Under the pieces are notes generated by a model. That model ran no database searches, was not told where the DNA came from, and saw only the letters and a list, made by a program, of their open reading frames with translations. From a virus (taxonomy: Duplodnaviria > Caudoviricetes), in the IMG/VR virus record IMGVR_UViG_3300046779_000920, positions 1 through 30,499 of that record: DNA of 30,499 bases. One strand, 5' to 3'. Within the stretch, counting starts at the first letter, position 1; each line of letters opens with the position of its first letter. Positions 17,147 to 26,409 of the stretch are shown here, in pieces. A program made the position numbers and the translations under genes.

Positions 17147-18415
17147 TTATTCAAATTCGGTTTTAAAGAATGGTTGAGTTGTTCTCAAATATTTTGGTTC
17201 TTCTTCCATTTGGATGTGGTTATATCCCATTTCTGTTGTATCACCACTTTCCATTTGTTCGTTTACATCTTCTTCTACCTCTGCAATAGTTTGTCCAGTT
17301 TCTTCTGCTGTAGTAGAAAGGATGACTAATGGGGTTAATTGTTCGAATGACAGGTCTTTTTTACCCCAACCACCATTCACTAAGGCATCAGAAATAAAAT
17401 TCAAGATGATGTTCTGAAATGGTTGTATTGTCATCGTTTGGAAAATAGAATAGGCCGTTTTCATCTCTTCACTTTGTGATGAGAAACCATTATTAGCAGT
17501 ACGGATACCAAAAAGTAATGGAGAAACTATTCTATGTGCAACTAAGATTCTATCTTGTGCGTATTCTGCAACGTATTGATACTTCTCATGTAAGTTATCG
17601 ATATTGATTGCATCTAATGTTGGTTTGTTTGCTGCATCATCGTTAAATGATAACATAAATCTACCAGCATTACGAGTTCCTGTGAATTTAGAGGTAATCA
17701 TTGCTTCGATTGTTTCTCTTTCTTCAGGTGCAGGAACACCATTATTCATATTAATCATTACTAATGGTAAGAAACCATTCTCAATATTATTGAAATGTAA
17801 ATTAGATAATTCTGCTTCTACAAATGAAAATTGTAATGCAGATACCCAATCTGGTAATGAATAGTAGTATCTATTTGGTTCGTATTCCTTAATGTAAAGA
17901 ATTTCTAATTTCTCATTAGATGTACCGAATGCAGGAATTTTGATTTTCTCTTTTTGTTTCTTAAAATCATTCCAATCAGTACAATAGAAATAGTTTTGAA
18001 TCTTTGTATGTTCGTATAATTTCTCTGCACGTAAAGTTTGTACTGGAATATGATAGAATTTCTTTATCTTTGTGTGGTCATCGTTCCAAAACACTTGGAA
18101 TGCTGCATTACCATATAATTTTAAATCAAATGCAACCTTTCTTACATCTTCACCAGGTAATAACCTTGCTAAATCCTCTTCAAAAGTGATATCGCCGGTA
18201 GTTAGACCTTTACCATAAATTAAATCGGCAGAACCTTCAACACATGCTGCGTTCGTTGTAGATGTGTTATACGCTTCAGTTATCGCTTCAAAATAATCAT
18301 CGTGTCCGTTGATTCCTACTGGTACCCAATTATAACGAGTCTTTGTATCCTCCGTTACGATAGGAACATCCATTCTTGACAAGTTTAAAACTGAAAGATT
18401 TTGTTGTTGTTTCAT
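17147..18415 (-). CDS. Portal protein
   Basis: 422 aa; D..LYGNAA.QV, YY.LPDW, H.NNI.NGF.P, F.GT.NAG, I..AHR..SP.L.GI motifs of PBSX/HK97-like portals. Confidence 0.85.
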   Translation of the reverse strand: MKQQQNLSVLNLSRMDVPIVTEDTKTRYNWVPVGINGHDDYFEAITEAYNTSTTNAACVEGSADLIYGKGLTTGDITFEEDLARLLPGEDVRKVAFDLKLYGNAAFQVFWNDDHTKIKKFYHIPVQTLRAEKLYEHTKIQNYFYCTDWNDFKKQKEKIKIPAFGTSNEKLEILYIKEYEPNRYYYSLPDWVSALQFSFVEAELSNLHFNNIENGFLPLVMINMNNGVPAPEERETIEAMITSKFTGTRNAGRFMLSFNDDAANKPTLDAINIDNLHEKYQYVAEYAQDRILVAHRIVSPLLFGIRTANNGFSSQSEEMKTAYSIFQTMTIQPFQNIILNFISDALVNGGWGKKDLSFEQLTPLVILSTTAEETGQTIAEVEEDVNEQMESGDTTEMGYNHIQMEEEPKYLRTTQPFFKTEFE

Positions 18416-18416
18416 A

Positions 18417-18779
18417 TTACGTTAAAATTATATATTCGTTAGAAGAGCCTGTATATGAGATATATCCATCGTTTTGTGTTTTATACTCACTCTTATCAAC
18501 TGATTGTGATGCAAATACCTGAATACTACCATGCCATATAGGAGAAACACTACCACTATTCAAAAGAGTTGCACGATATTCAGAACCAACTATTGCACCA
18601 CTAATACTAGCAGTGAATGATATGAATGATTCATAACCTTCAAATGATGCAGATGTTAAACTCGCAGTCAAATTGTAGTTTCTATTCATATCTTGTAAAG
18701 ATAGAGTAAACTCATTTGAGGCGGTTGGTTCGGTTCTAATAGTGAATCCGTTACTTCCAGATATAAAATAAGTTAGCAT
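18417..18779 (-). CDS. Virion structural protein (beta-rich)
   Basis: 120-aa ORF between tail tube and portal. Confidence 0.6.
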   Translation of the reverse strand: MLTYFISGSNGFTIRTEPTASNEFTLSLQDMNRNYNLTASLTSASFEGYESFISFTASISGAIVGSEYRATLLNSGSVSPIWHGSIQVFASQSVDKSEYKTQNDGYISYTGSSNEYIILT

Positions 18780-18810
18780 TAGGCCGTATTTAAGTTGATT
18801 TATCTATAGC

Positions 18811-18819
18811 TTTAACAAA
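18811..18819 (-). promoter_or_regulatory. TTTGTTAAA motif (candidate late promoter)
   Basis: Directly downstream of a terminator and upstream of the portal operon. Confidence 0.5.
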
Positions 18820-18842
18820 TAGAAACGAAAAAGTTGTGAAAT

Positions 18843-18871
18843 AAAAAACCCACTCCGTAATGAAGTGGGTT
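18843..18871 (-). terminator. Intrinsic terminator after the tail tube gene
   Basis: AACCCACTTC-ATTAC-GGAGTGGGTT-TTTT. Confidence 0.85.
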
Positions 18872-18895
18872 CTTAGTATGTAAAGTGAATATAGA

Positions 18896-19432
18896 TTAAC
18901 TATACACAATTGTTGGTTGAGTACCTAATCCAGCGAATGGATTAGTTGTAGTTGAACCAGATAAGAATGCTGCTGGTAATTGTTCTTGACCAGTGAATGT
19001 TGCTGAATAACCATATAAGTCACCCATTGCTCCACCTGTTTGGATTGTACCTGCAGTCAAATCAGCACCTTCGGTTTCACCTACTAATAAAGCATCACCT
19101 TGTTTTGTCCATACAACGATTTGTGGTCTGCCGTATGCCATCAATTTCAATTGTGTTGTCATTTCGTTAGTCAATTTCTTTAAGTTAAGAGTTAATTCTT
19201 GATTAAAGAAAGTTGTACCATTTTCACGAGATGAGTTGACAGTTTCAGTATATGCACTTGTACCTTTCAATTCATAATAGTACACTGTACTACCTGATGG
19301 AAGAGCAGTGACTTCACCACTTGCGTTCTTTGTGAATGAGCCAGTTGTAAAGTTTAAAAAGTAAACACCTTGTAAACCTCCTACTGATTCTTTACAAACT
19401 TCTTGTCTTCCTTGTGTTAAATTACAAGCCAT
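18896..19432 (-). CDS. Major tail tube protein
   Basis: MAC.LT.GR...CK.SVGG, SRENGTTFF.Q.L, G...GD..GY..TF...E motifs; follows the capsid gene and is bounded by terminators. Confidence 0.75.
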   Translation of the reverse strand: MACNLTQGRQEVCKESVGGLQGVYFLNFTTGSFTKNASGEVTALPSGSTVYYYELKGTSAYTETVNSSRENGTTFFNQELTLNLKKLTNEMTTQLKLMAYGRPQIVVWTKQGDALLVGETEGADLTAGTIQTGGAMGDLYGYSATFTGQEQLPAAFLSGSTTTNPFAGLGTQPTIVYS

Positions 19433-19458
19433 AGTATTGAGTTTTGTTTTAAGTTATT

Positions 19459-19484
19459 AAAAGGGTGAGAAATTAATCTCACCC
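19459..19484 (-). terminator. Hairpin/terminator after the major capsid gene
   Basis: GGGTGAGA-TTAATT-TCTCACCC-TTTT, perfect 8-bp stem. Confidence 0.75.
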
Positions 19485-19504
19485 ATTAATTTTGAAATTG
19501 ATTA

Positions 19505-20479
19505 TTAGTAAGCTCCGTAGTAAACTACATCAGATAATACACCTACTTGTGTACCAGCTGTATATCTCATAATAATACGGAAGTTTTGGCTACCGTCTAA
19601 GTCTGCCATATCCAACACCTTAACGGTATTGTAATCAGATAATAAACCTGTACCGAAGAACAAGTTAGATTTTTGTGCTGCAACTACTTTAGATGCAGTC
19701 ATACCTGGGCAGTGTACGATTTCGATACCATTGAAGTTGAATGGTTTTTCACCAACGTTTAATTGGTTGTTCCATCCGTTTGCTCCGATAGCACCACCTG
19801 CTAATGCTTGTTGGTAAGCTTTTGCTACGTTTGTTGGAACGTATAACAATAAGTCTTCTTTACCATAAACTGTGTTAGGAATTGATTCTACGATAGAGTT
19901 CAATTTATCTAATACGTTTGCAGAAGTGATTGAACCAGAGATAATTGTAGAACCTGAAGTTGCTGCAACTACACCTGTACCTGCTGCTACTGAAGCTGAT
20001 AAGATAGTTTCGAAACCACCGAATTGTCCGTTTGTAGCAGTTGCACCACTCCAAATTGAAATTTCAGTTGCTTCAGCTACTTTACCACCTACATAAGATA
20101 CTAAATAGTCTGTGAATGATTTTGGAATTTCATCGAAAGCAGAATATCCTAAAGAAATTGCTTCCCATGATTGTACGAATTCGTCCTTACATAATTGTAA
20201 GTTTACTTGTAATTCCTTTGGTTCGATGATTCTCTCAGCGATAGATGCAGAAGCATTTGCTTGGAAATCACAAGATGCATCAGAGATAATGTTATCTACT
20301 GCTACTTTTTGGATAACTGATTTGTACTTCACGTTTGGCATGATAGTTACATATCCGTTATCAAGAGTTTTTGCACTTAACAACGCTGCGGCAATGAAGC
20401 CAGAAGCTGCCTCACCTGAATATGTGCTATTAGCAATAGTAGGCTGTGCGATTGTTGCGAAATTTTGATTCTTTCTCAT
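19505..20479 (-). CDS. Major capsid protein (HK97 fold inferred)
   Basis: 324 aa, follows the acidic scaffold and precedes a terminator; PNVKYK, LQVNLQLCK, SNLFFGTGLLSD motifs. Confidence 0.85.
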   Translation of the reverse strand: MRKNQNFATIAQPTIANSTYSGEAASGFIAAALLSAKTLDNGYVTIMPNVKYKSVIQKVAVDNIISDASCDFQANASASIAERIIEPKELQVNLQLCKDEFVQSWEAISLGYSAFDEIPKSFTDYLVSYVGGKVAEATEISIWSGATATNGQFGGFETILSASVAAGTGVVAATSGSTIISGSITSANVLDKLNSIVESIPNTVYGKEDLLLYVPTNVAKAYQQALAGGAIGANGWNNQLNVGEKPFNFNGIEIVHCPGMTASKVVAAQKSNLFFGTGLLSDYNTVKVLDMADLDGSQNFRIIMRYTAGTQVGVLSDVVYYGAY

Positions 20480-20499
20480 TTTGATAAGTTTGTTTTTTA

Positions 20500-21225
20500 T
20501 TATTTGTATAATTTTTCTAAAAAGCGATTTTGTGTACTCGCTGATTTTTCTTTTGTTCTAACTGATGAAAGTTTTGTGTTACCACTTACTTTTTCAGTTG
20601 GTGCTCCATCTAATTTAGGAAGTTCATCTTCTTCATCTACCTCTTCAGGTTCGATATCAGATTCTTCTTTAACTTCTTCCATTTGAGCGATTTTCTTTTC
20701 TAACTCTTCGATGCGGTATGAAAGTTTTTCATAAGCCTTCATCTCTTCTGTCTTTTCTTCTACTTCTGGTTTGTCAGTATCTTCTGTCAATGGGTCAACT
20801 GATTCTTCAACACCATCTCCTGATGGTAATTCAGTTTCAGCTAATTTAGTTGAACCAGAGGTTACTGAACCTTCTGCAGTTGGTACATCATTTGCTTCAT
20901 CCTTTTGGTTTGCCTGAGGAATATCTTTTACATCAACGATTTCTAATTCAACGTTTTCTCTTTCTTCAATCTTACCATCTTTTGTGATAACTTTGATGAT
21001 TGTTTCGTTTCCTTCTGAATCTTTTAATGCAATCTCATGCTCTCCATCTGGTGCTGGTGTTTTAGTACCATCTTCTGAAACTACTTCAACAGGTTCACCC
21101 ACATCAAATGTAGGAGATTCCAAAATAGTTCCATCTTTTAGTCTTGCGTAAGTTAATGCAACTTCTCCCTTTGTTTCCAAAGAAAGTAATGTCATTATCT
21201 TTTTTAGTACGATGTTTGAGGTCAT
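20500..21225 (-). CDS. Capsid scaffolding protein
   Basis: Highly acidic, L.DGT.LE...PAPDGEH motif and coiled-coil C-terminus; directly upstream of the capsid gene. Confidence 0.7.
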   Translation of the reverse strand: MTSNIVLKKIMTLLSLETKGEVALTYARLKDGTILESPTFDVGEPVEVVSEDGTKTPAPDGEHEIALKDSEGNETIIKVITKDGKIEERENVELEIVDVKDIPQANQKDEANDVPTAEGSVTSGSTKLAETELPSGDGVEESVDPLTEDTDKPEVEEKTEEMKAYEKLSYRIEELEKKIAQMEEVKEESDIEPEEVDEEDELPKLDGAPTEKVSGNTKLSSVRTKEKSASTQNRFLEKLYK

Positions 21226-21245
21226 AATATTATTTTGTTTTTAAT

Positions 21246-21254
21246 TTTAACAAT
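21246..21254 (-). promoter_or_regulatory. ATTGTTAAA motif (candidate late promoter)
   Basis: Intergenic, upstream of scaffold and capsid genes. Confidence 0.55.
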
Positions 21255-21290
21255 GTGTGTGTATTCTGTATTAAATTTTTTTGTATTTTT

Positions 21291-22388
21291 TTATGCTCCG
21301 GTCATTCTACTGATGATTCCGTTCCATTCTTGTAATGGTCTTAAAGTTCCACCATTATTTAAGAATGCCTTTTTATAGTAAGTTCCATCACTTGCAAACA
21401 TATGTAAATCACCATTTGGACCCATTACAATTGTTTGCCAATCTTTGTTTACAATTGTTTCATACGATACTGAATTATCTATTGGATTAAATATTACCAT
21501 TGTATTCGTATTACCAACTGTGTATATCTTACCATCAGCACCCAATGCATAGTTGTTTGCTTTTGTATCAGTGACACCTGTTGCAACTGATGTTGCTACG
21601 TTTGTAGTTGGATTGATTCTCCAAATTGTAGATGCACCATATGCTGGAAATATGTAAAGGAAACCATTTGGATGTTGAACCACATCTCTATAATAATCAC
21701 TTACATCACCACCTAAATTAATATATTCAATTCCATCGGTAAATGGATTGTAACAATGTATTCCAGATGAAGCTCCTCCACCTGCACCATAGTATATCTT
21801 TCCATTTATACCCATAGTTCCGTTTTGAGGGTCACCCGTCACCGATGTTACTCCAGTATTACTAATAGTATTGTTTAATAAATCCATTTTCATTACTGCA
21901 GTACTACCAATCCACTTACTACCATATGCATATCTTCCATCATAAGATGTTCCAAACCAAAATGAATAAGTTCCACTTGTATAGTTTACGGATGTTACAT
22001 AGGTATCAGTTAAAGTATCAAATACTTTCATCGCACCACTACCAGGTAAATAAACCTTTTTAGTAAATGGTGAGTAGAAACAAGAATAAGTTGCAAGGTT
22101 ACCAGTAGATGTAATTGTACTTCTAGCATCAGTATTAGTATCAATAACTGTGACTGTTGTAGAACCTGCATCTGCTGCACCATATAACTTACCATTATCA
22201 GCAAGTATCATATGGTTGATTGCTCTACCAACTGATGTCATTGCTGTTGCTGCTGCATAACTTCCACCATTATTTGGTGAGAAATAACTCATTCCAGCTC
22301 TACACCATTGATTGGCCTCGTATTGAGACCAATCTAATAGTGATTGTTGTGGAAATGTAATATCTTCGAATGCTGCTGGTGCAATCAT
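21291..22388 (-). CDS. Beta-propeller protein (Vgb/YncE-like), putative receptor-binding tip
   Basis: About 40-aa repeats: LADNGKLY, SYDGRYAY, GINGKIY, HPNGFLY, GADGKIY, GPNGDLH. Confidence 0.75.
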   Translation of the reverse strand: MIAPAAFEDITFPQQSLLDWSQYEANQWCRAGMSYFSPNNGGSYAAATAMTSVGRAINHMILADNGKLYGAADAGSTTVTVIDTNTDARSTITSTGNLATYSCFYSPFTKKVYLPGSGAMKVFDTLTDTYVTSVNYTSGTYSFWFGTSYDGRYAYGSKWIGSTAVMKMDLLNNTISNTGVTSVTGDPQNGTMGINGKIYYGAGGGASSGIHCYNPFTDGIEYINLGGDVSDYYRDVVQHPNGFLYIFPAYGASTIWRINPTTNVATSVATGVTDTKANNYALGADGKIYTVGNTNTMVIFNPIDNSVSYETIVNKDWQTIVMGPNGDLHMFASDGTYYKKAFLNNGGTLRPLQEWNGIISRMTGA

Positions 22389-22391
22389 ATC

Positions 22392-25127
22392 TTATAAAAA
22401 GTTTTTAATTGATGTTGCTAAGACAGTTGAACCTGTGATAGCAGCTAATGTTAATAAATCAATTGCAGAACCCGTTGCTGTTGCTTGGTAATCATTACCA
22501 CCTGCGAATAAAATCGTTGGTGAGAATACCACACTACCAGTTGAAGCACCTGCTGGTTGATTTATTTGTATGTTTATTGTTTGTCCCAATATAGTATTAG
22601 CAACTTCAAAACGAGTTGTTGCTCCACCTGCTAAAGTTATAGAGAAGAAGTTTCCTTTTGTGAAATCAATTGATGCTGTATTTGATGTTACAACTAATTC
22701 ATTTACCAATCCACTCATACTACCAGTAACTTGTAAACTACCAGAGATTGATGCAGTACCACTATAAGGGAATGTAGAACCTCCACCTCCACCGAATGAA
22801 GATGTAGGAACTGTTGTTGTTCTACCATTTACATCTCCTACCCAAACATATCCTTGTTGTAAAGAAGATGTTAAACTACCAGTGATTTCTAAGTTTTGTA
22901 ACATTGCTACATTACGTGGGAATGTTACTCTACCATCACTAAATCCAGAACCTGATGGTTGTAATTCAATAGCAACATAAGGTTGTCCTGAACTACTCAT
23001 TGCAAGTACACCTGGTTTAGTAGATGTTGTTAATGAAGGTGCACCTGTCTTTGATGGATTACCTTGTATAGAGATATAACCACTACCTTCTACTGAACTT
23101 ATGAAACCATTTTTACTTATGGTTGAAGCATAAGTTCCATATGCACCACTACCTGATTGGAATGTTATTGCGTTAGGTGAAATGTTTGAGTTACCAGTTG
23201 TTCCACTTACCAATAGTTGGTTTGTAGATGGGTTGTATAGTAAAGTATCTACTGAATCTTTTGAAATCGTACCACCACCACTTATGAAAAGTACAGGATA
23301 TGATGCGTTTGTAGATACTGATGCTGCTTGTCCACTTATGTTACCACTTGCAGTAATATTACCTAATATTGTTTGATTACCAATAAATGAATTAGAACCA
23401 GTTGTTGCAAACGTTGCATTTAATACTTGTTGTGATGCAGTAAATGCGTTTAATGAAGTTAAATCAGTTCCACCACCACTCCAACTACCTGATTGAGTTC
23501 CAATTGTATCCCATTTGGTATTATCTATTGATTGTGATGTACTCAAATTAGTTAATTGAGTATCTACACTACCTGTGTAAGATGCAAGTGTACTATTTTT
23601 AGTTTCTTGAGATGCAGTAAATGCATTCAATAAAGTTAAATCAGTTAAAGATGCGAATGAAGATGTTGCTACTGCAACGGGTTGATTAGAACCATTACCT
23701 ACCCAAGTGTATCCAGTTTGGATATTTGGCATTAAGACTGGGCCAGGATTCAATACATTTAATTGTCCACCTGCACCTGTTTTTGTTACAACACCGATTG
23801 GTTGTACTATATCATTACTGCCAGTAGGACGAGTTGATGTTAATTGACCTAAACCATCTGTCCATAATATAGTTCCTACCGGATATCCTGTCATATCGAT
23901 ACCAGTAATTAAACCTAATGTAATACCTCTACCATTTTGATTTGCTAGGATATCTTCCATTGCAAGGAAAGTAACTGGCATTTTAGTTGGGTCAGATGTA
24001 TTTGCTCTATAAACAATTGGATTAGCACCTAATGCTCCACTTACAAATAAAGGTGTACCAGTTGTGATTGTTGTACTTTCACCATTTCTGATTGTTTCGA
24101 ATACTGCGTTTACATTACCAAAAGATAATTGACCTGCTGCGTTTGTTTGTAATACTTGTCCACTAAATGTTCCATCAGTTGTAGGATAATGTAATCCACT
24201 TGCAGTTAATTGATTTACTACGTTTACTGAACCATTTAAGGTTTGTGTATCACTTGCTGCATCACCTAATATGTTAGAACCACTACTGAATATTACTGAT
24301 GATGATTCAATAATTGTATGAATCTCATTTGCAGTAATTGTACCAGTAACGTTTAAATCACCAGTAATGTTTTGTGTTGCAGTAAATGTATTTGATACGT
24401 TTGTTCTTGCGAAACTACCAGTCTCTGATTCAGTTACCCAACTTCCACTTTGTGAACCTATGTTGGTTAATTGTTGTTGAAGAGAAGCAGTAACACCACC
24501 TAATGTTGTGTTCTTTGTTTCTTGTGATTGGGTAAATGCATTCAATAAAGTATTATCCCAACTACCAGATTGAGTACCAATAGTAGTAAACTTTGTATCT
24601 ACACTACCTGTGTATGATGCAAGAGTAGAGTTTTTAGTTTCTTGTGATGCAGTGAACGCGTTTAACGATGTTAAAGGAACGTTCTCCCAACTACCTGATT
24701 GAGATGCAATGTTATTCCACTTTACATCGTTAGATGCAGTGTATGCGTTTACTGATGTAAGGATACTAACTACTTGTGAACTACCTGAAACTAATCCAGA
24801 TGGTTTATCAGTTATGTTATCCCAATCTACTGAACCAACTGATGCTGTTACTGCAACATCAAATGTAGAACCATCACCCTTTTCGAATGTGATTGTACCA
24901 CCTGCTGCACTTGCAGTAATCAATGCACTACCAGTAAAGTTCTCTAATGAATCTAATCTACCATCTACCAATGCTGATGCAGTGGTATATGCTTCTTGAT
25001 TCACAGTAGAATCAATCATATCCGTATTAAAGTTACGAAGGATAGTAGGAGTAATCGCACCTGTGTTGTTATTAGGGAACGATGTGTTGTTTTCTACTAA
25101 AAGGGCTTGTTTAGTTAGTTGAGCCAT
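22392..25127 (-). CDS. Long fibre protein (mosaic, possibly head fibre)
   Basis: N-terminal FPNNNTGAITP.ILR, FTASQETKN repeats, internal capsid-cement/DUF2190-like segment, C-terminal IDFTKGNFF...KNFL domain. Confidence 0.75.
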   Translation of the reverse strand: MAQLTKQALLVENNTSFPNNNTGAITPTILRNFNTDMIDSTVNQEAYTTASALVDGRLDSLENFTGSALITASAAGGTITFEKGDGSTFDVAVTASVGSVDWDNITDKPSGLVSGSSQVVSILTSVNAYTASNDVKWNNIASQSGSWENVPLTSLNAFTASQETKNSTLASYTGSVDTKFTTIGTQSGSWDNTLLNAFTQSQETKNTTLGGVTASLQQQLTNIGSQSGSWVTESETGSFARTNVSNTFTATQNITGDLNVTGTITANEIHTIIESSSVIFSSGSNILGDAASDTQTLNGSVNVVNQLTASGLHYPTTDGTFSGQVLQTNAAGQLSFGNVNAVFETIRNGESTTITTGTPLFVSGALGANPIVYRANTSDPTKMPVTFLAMEDILANQNGRGITLGLITGIDMTGYPVGTILWTDGLGQLTSTRPTGSNDIVQPIGVVTKTGAGGQLNVLNPGPVLMPNIQTGYTWVGNGSNQPVAVATSSFASLTDLTLLNAFTASQETKNSTLASYTGSVDTQLTNLSTSQSIDNTKWDTIGTQSGSWSGGGTDLTSLNAFTASQQVLNATFATTGSNSFIGNQTILGNITASGNISGQAASVSTNASYPVLFISGGGTISKDSVDTLLYNPSTNQLLVSGTTGNSNISPNAITFQSGSGAYGTYASTISKNGFISSVEGSGYISIQGNPSKTGAPSLTTSTKPGVLAMSSSGQPYVAIELQPSGSGFSDGRVTFPRNVAMLQNLEITGSLTSSLQQGYVWVGDVNGRTTTVPTSSFGGGGGSTFPYSGTASISGSLQVTGSMSGLVNELVVTSNTASIDFTKGNFFSITLAGGATTRFEVANTILGQTINIQINQPAGASTGSVVFSPTILFAGGNDYQATATGSAIDLLTLAAITGSTVLATSIKNFL

Positions 25128-25142
25128 ATACTTGTTATGTTT

Positions 25143-25382
25143 TTATGATATTTCAAATCCGTTACTGAAACCAGAGGAGAATGCACCTAATGATACTCTC
25201 GTTGATGTAATGTTACCAATACCTTGATTGATTAAGTATCCATCACAGCAATTACGTGAATAGGTGTTGGTATCTAAACATAGACACGCTCTTCTATCAT
25301 TCTTTGGAGAAGATAAACCTAACGTTGGTCCTATGTAGATGCCTGTGTCTTTATATTTTCTTAGTAAACGTGATACGGACAT
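25143..25382 (-). CDS. Small Cys-rich virion protein
   Basis: SSPK..RRACLC.D..TYSR.CCDG.L..QGIG plus C-terminal GAFSSGFSNGF. Confidence 0.7.
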   Translation of the reverse strand: MSVSRLLRKYKDTGIYIGPTLGLSSPKNDRRACLCLDTNTYSRNCCDGYLINQGIGNITSTRVSLGAFSSGFSNGFEIS

Positions 25383-25400
25383 GAGAATATTGTTTCTAAT

Positions 25401-25409
25401 TTTAACAAT
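25401..25409 (-). promoter_or_regulatory. ATTGTTAAA motif (candidate late promoter)
   Basis: Intergenic, upstream of the ATG at 25382. Confidence 0.55.
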
Positions 25410-25415
25410 CAGAAA

Positions 25416-25685
25416 CTAATTTATTTTACTCATCGCCTGTTTATGTAGTAAATTTTGTAAGGTTTGTTTATCGTTTAGATACGCAAGGAATAACAAACAC
25501 TCTTCTAACGGACGTTTAATTACCTCATCAAACTTTAAAAGGTCTTCCCCTGCAATAAGTGCAATTGATTGATAGCCTCCCCACTTTTTTCCAAAATTGA
25601 TTTGATGTTGAGTGGTATCTCCGTCTCCTTCCTCAAAGAGTTCAGGATACCGAGGCTTAAGTCCTTGTATAAACGATTGAAGAAA
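25416..25685 (-). CDS. -1 frame extension (T part) of the tail assembly chaperone
   Basis: Frame is -1 relative to 25535-26197; protein-like sequence (FGKKWGGYQSI..IA..D.LKFDEV) starts right after the T9 run. Confidence 0.7.
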   Translation of the reverse strand, partial: FLQSFIQGLKPRYPELFEEGDGDTTQHQINFGKKWGGYQSIALIAGEDLLKFDEVIKRPLEECLLFLAYLNDKQTLQNLLHKQAMSKIN

Positions 25686-26197
25686 AAAAAACAACCAAAG
25701 TGAAATTCCATATCCACATCTAACCATTTTTGAGTTTCCCATTCCTTCCATCCCTTATAATCAGAGATAGAGTACAACGCACCTGTTTCTCTTTCAATAG
25801 GACGATATAGAATAGAAAGTATCTTTGGCCAATGTTCATCTATACCCATAGTAGGGAACTTTGTTAAATCTAAATACGCACCATAGGCCATCTTAGATAG
25901 ATTAGGTTCGAATCCGTACTTTACACCTTCAATGGTAATTGTTCTTTTAAGTAAGAAGTTGATATTGCCTAAGAATGAATACAATTGTGATTTCACTTTT
26001 GTAAACGTTTCTGAATCCAATTGTTGCAATACTAATGGGTCAATGCCACAAATGTGATAAAAGAGTGCAGCGTTAGTTGCCTCTTCATCTCCCTTGTAGT
26101 TCTCTATATCCTTTTGTAAATTCAGATATTGTCTTAGTGTTATTGCTGAATAATCATTTGGGACAGTGATTTCGATTTCTACTTTTTTCTTACTCAT
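25535..26197 (-). CDS. Putative tail assembly chaperone (G part)
   Basis: VP.....ITL.QY, YGFEPNL..M.YG.YLDL, ILYRP motifs; slippery TGT TTT TTT TTC at 25682-25693. Confidence 0.65.
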   Translation of the reverse strand: MSKKKVEIEITVPNDYSAITLRQYLNLQKDIENYKGDEEATNAALFYHICGIDPLVLQQLDSETFTKVKSQLYSFLGNINFLLKRTITIEGVKYGFEPNLSKMAYGAYLDLTKFPTMGIDEHWPKILSILYRPIERETGALYSISDYKGWKEWETQKWLDVDMEFHFGCFFFFNRLYKDLSLGILNSLRKETEIPLNIKSILEKSGEAINQLHLLQGKTF

Positions 26198-26408
26198 ACG
26201 TTATGTCTATTGTGTTGTTTTTAATATTGATATCTTTGATGTGATTGTTCATATGTCCAACCATGGCCTTCAATTGTACTATCTCACCTCTTTTAATTTG
26301 TAGTTGTGATTCTAATACTACCTTATCGTATTTTAACCCTTCGATTTGAGTTTGTAGTTGATGCACCTTCCATGCAAGTATTTCAACATCTTCTTCTGTG
26401 TATTTCAT
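26190..26408 (-). CDS. Small coiled-coil hypothetical protein
   Basis: Heptad pattern; tightly packed after TerL. Confidence 0.65.
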   Translation of the reverse strand: MKYTEEDVEILAWKVHQLQTQIEGLKYDKVVLESQLQIKRGEIVQLKAMVGHMNNHIKDINIKNNTIDITYE

Positions 26409-26409
26409 A

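Noticed and set aside
13745-25127. Fibre repeats as a CRISPR array or DGR template/variable repeat
   Set aside because: Repeats are in-frame, degenerate mainly at synonymous sites, lack spacers, and no reverse transcriptase or cas gene is present
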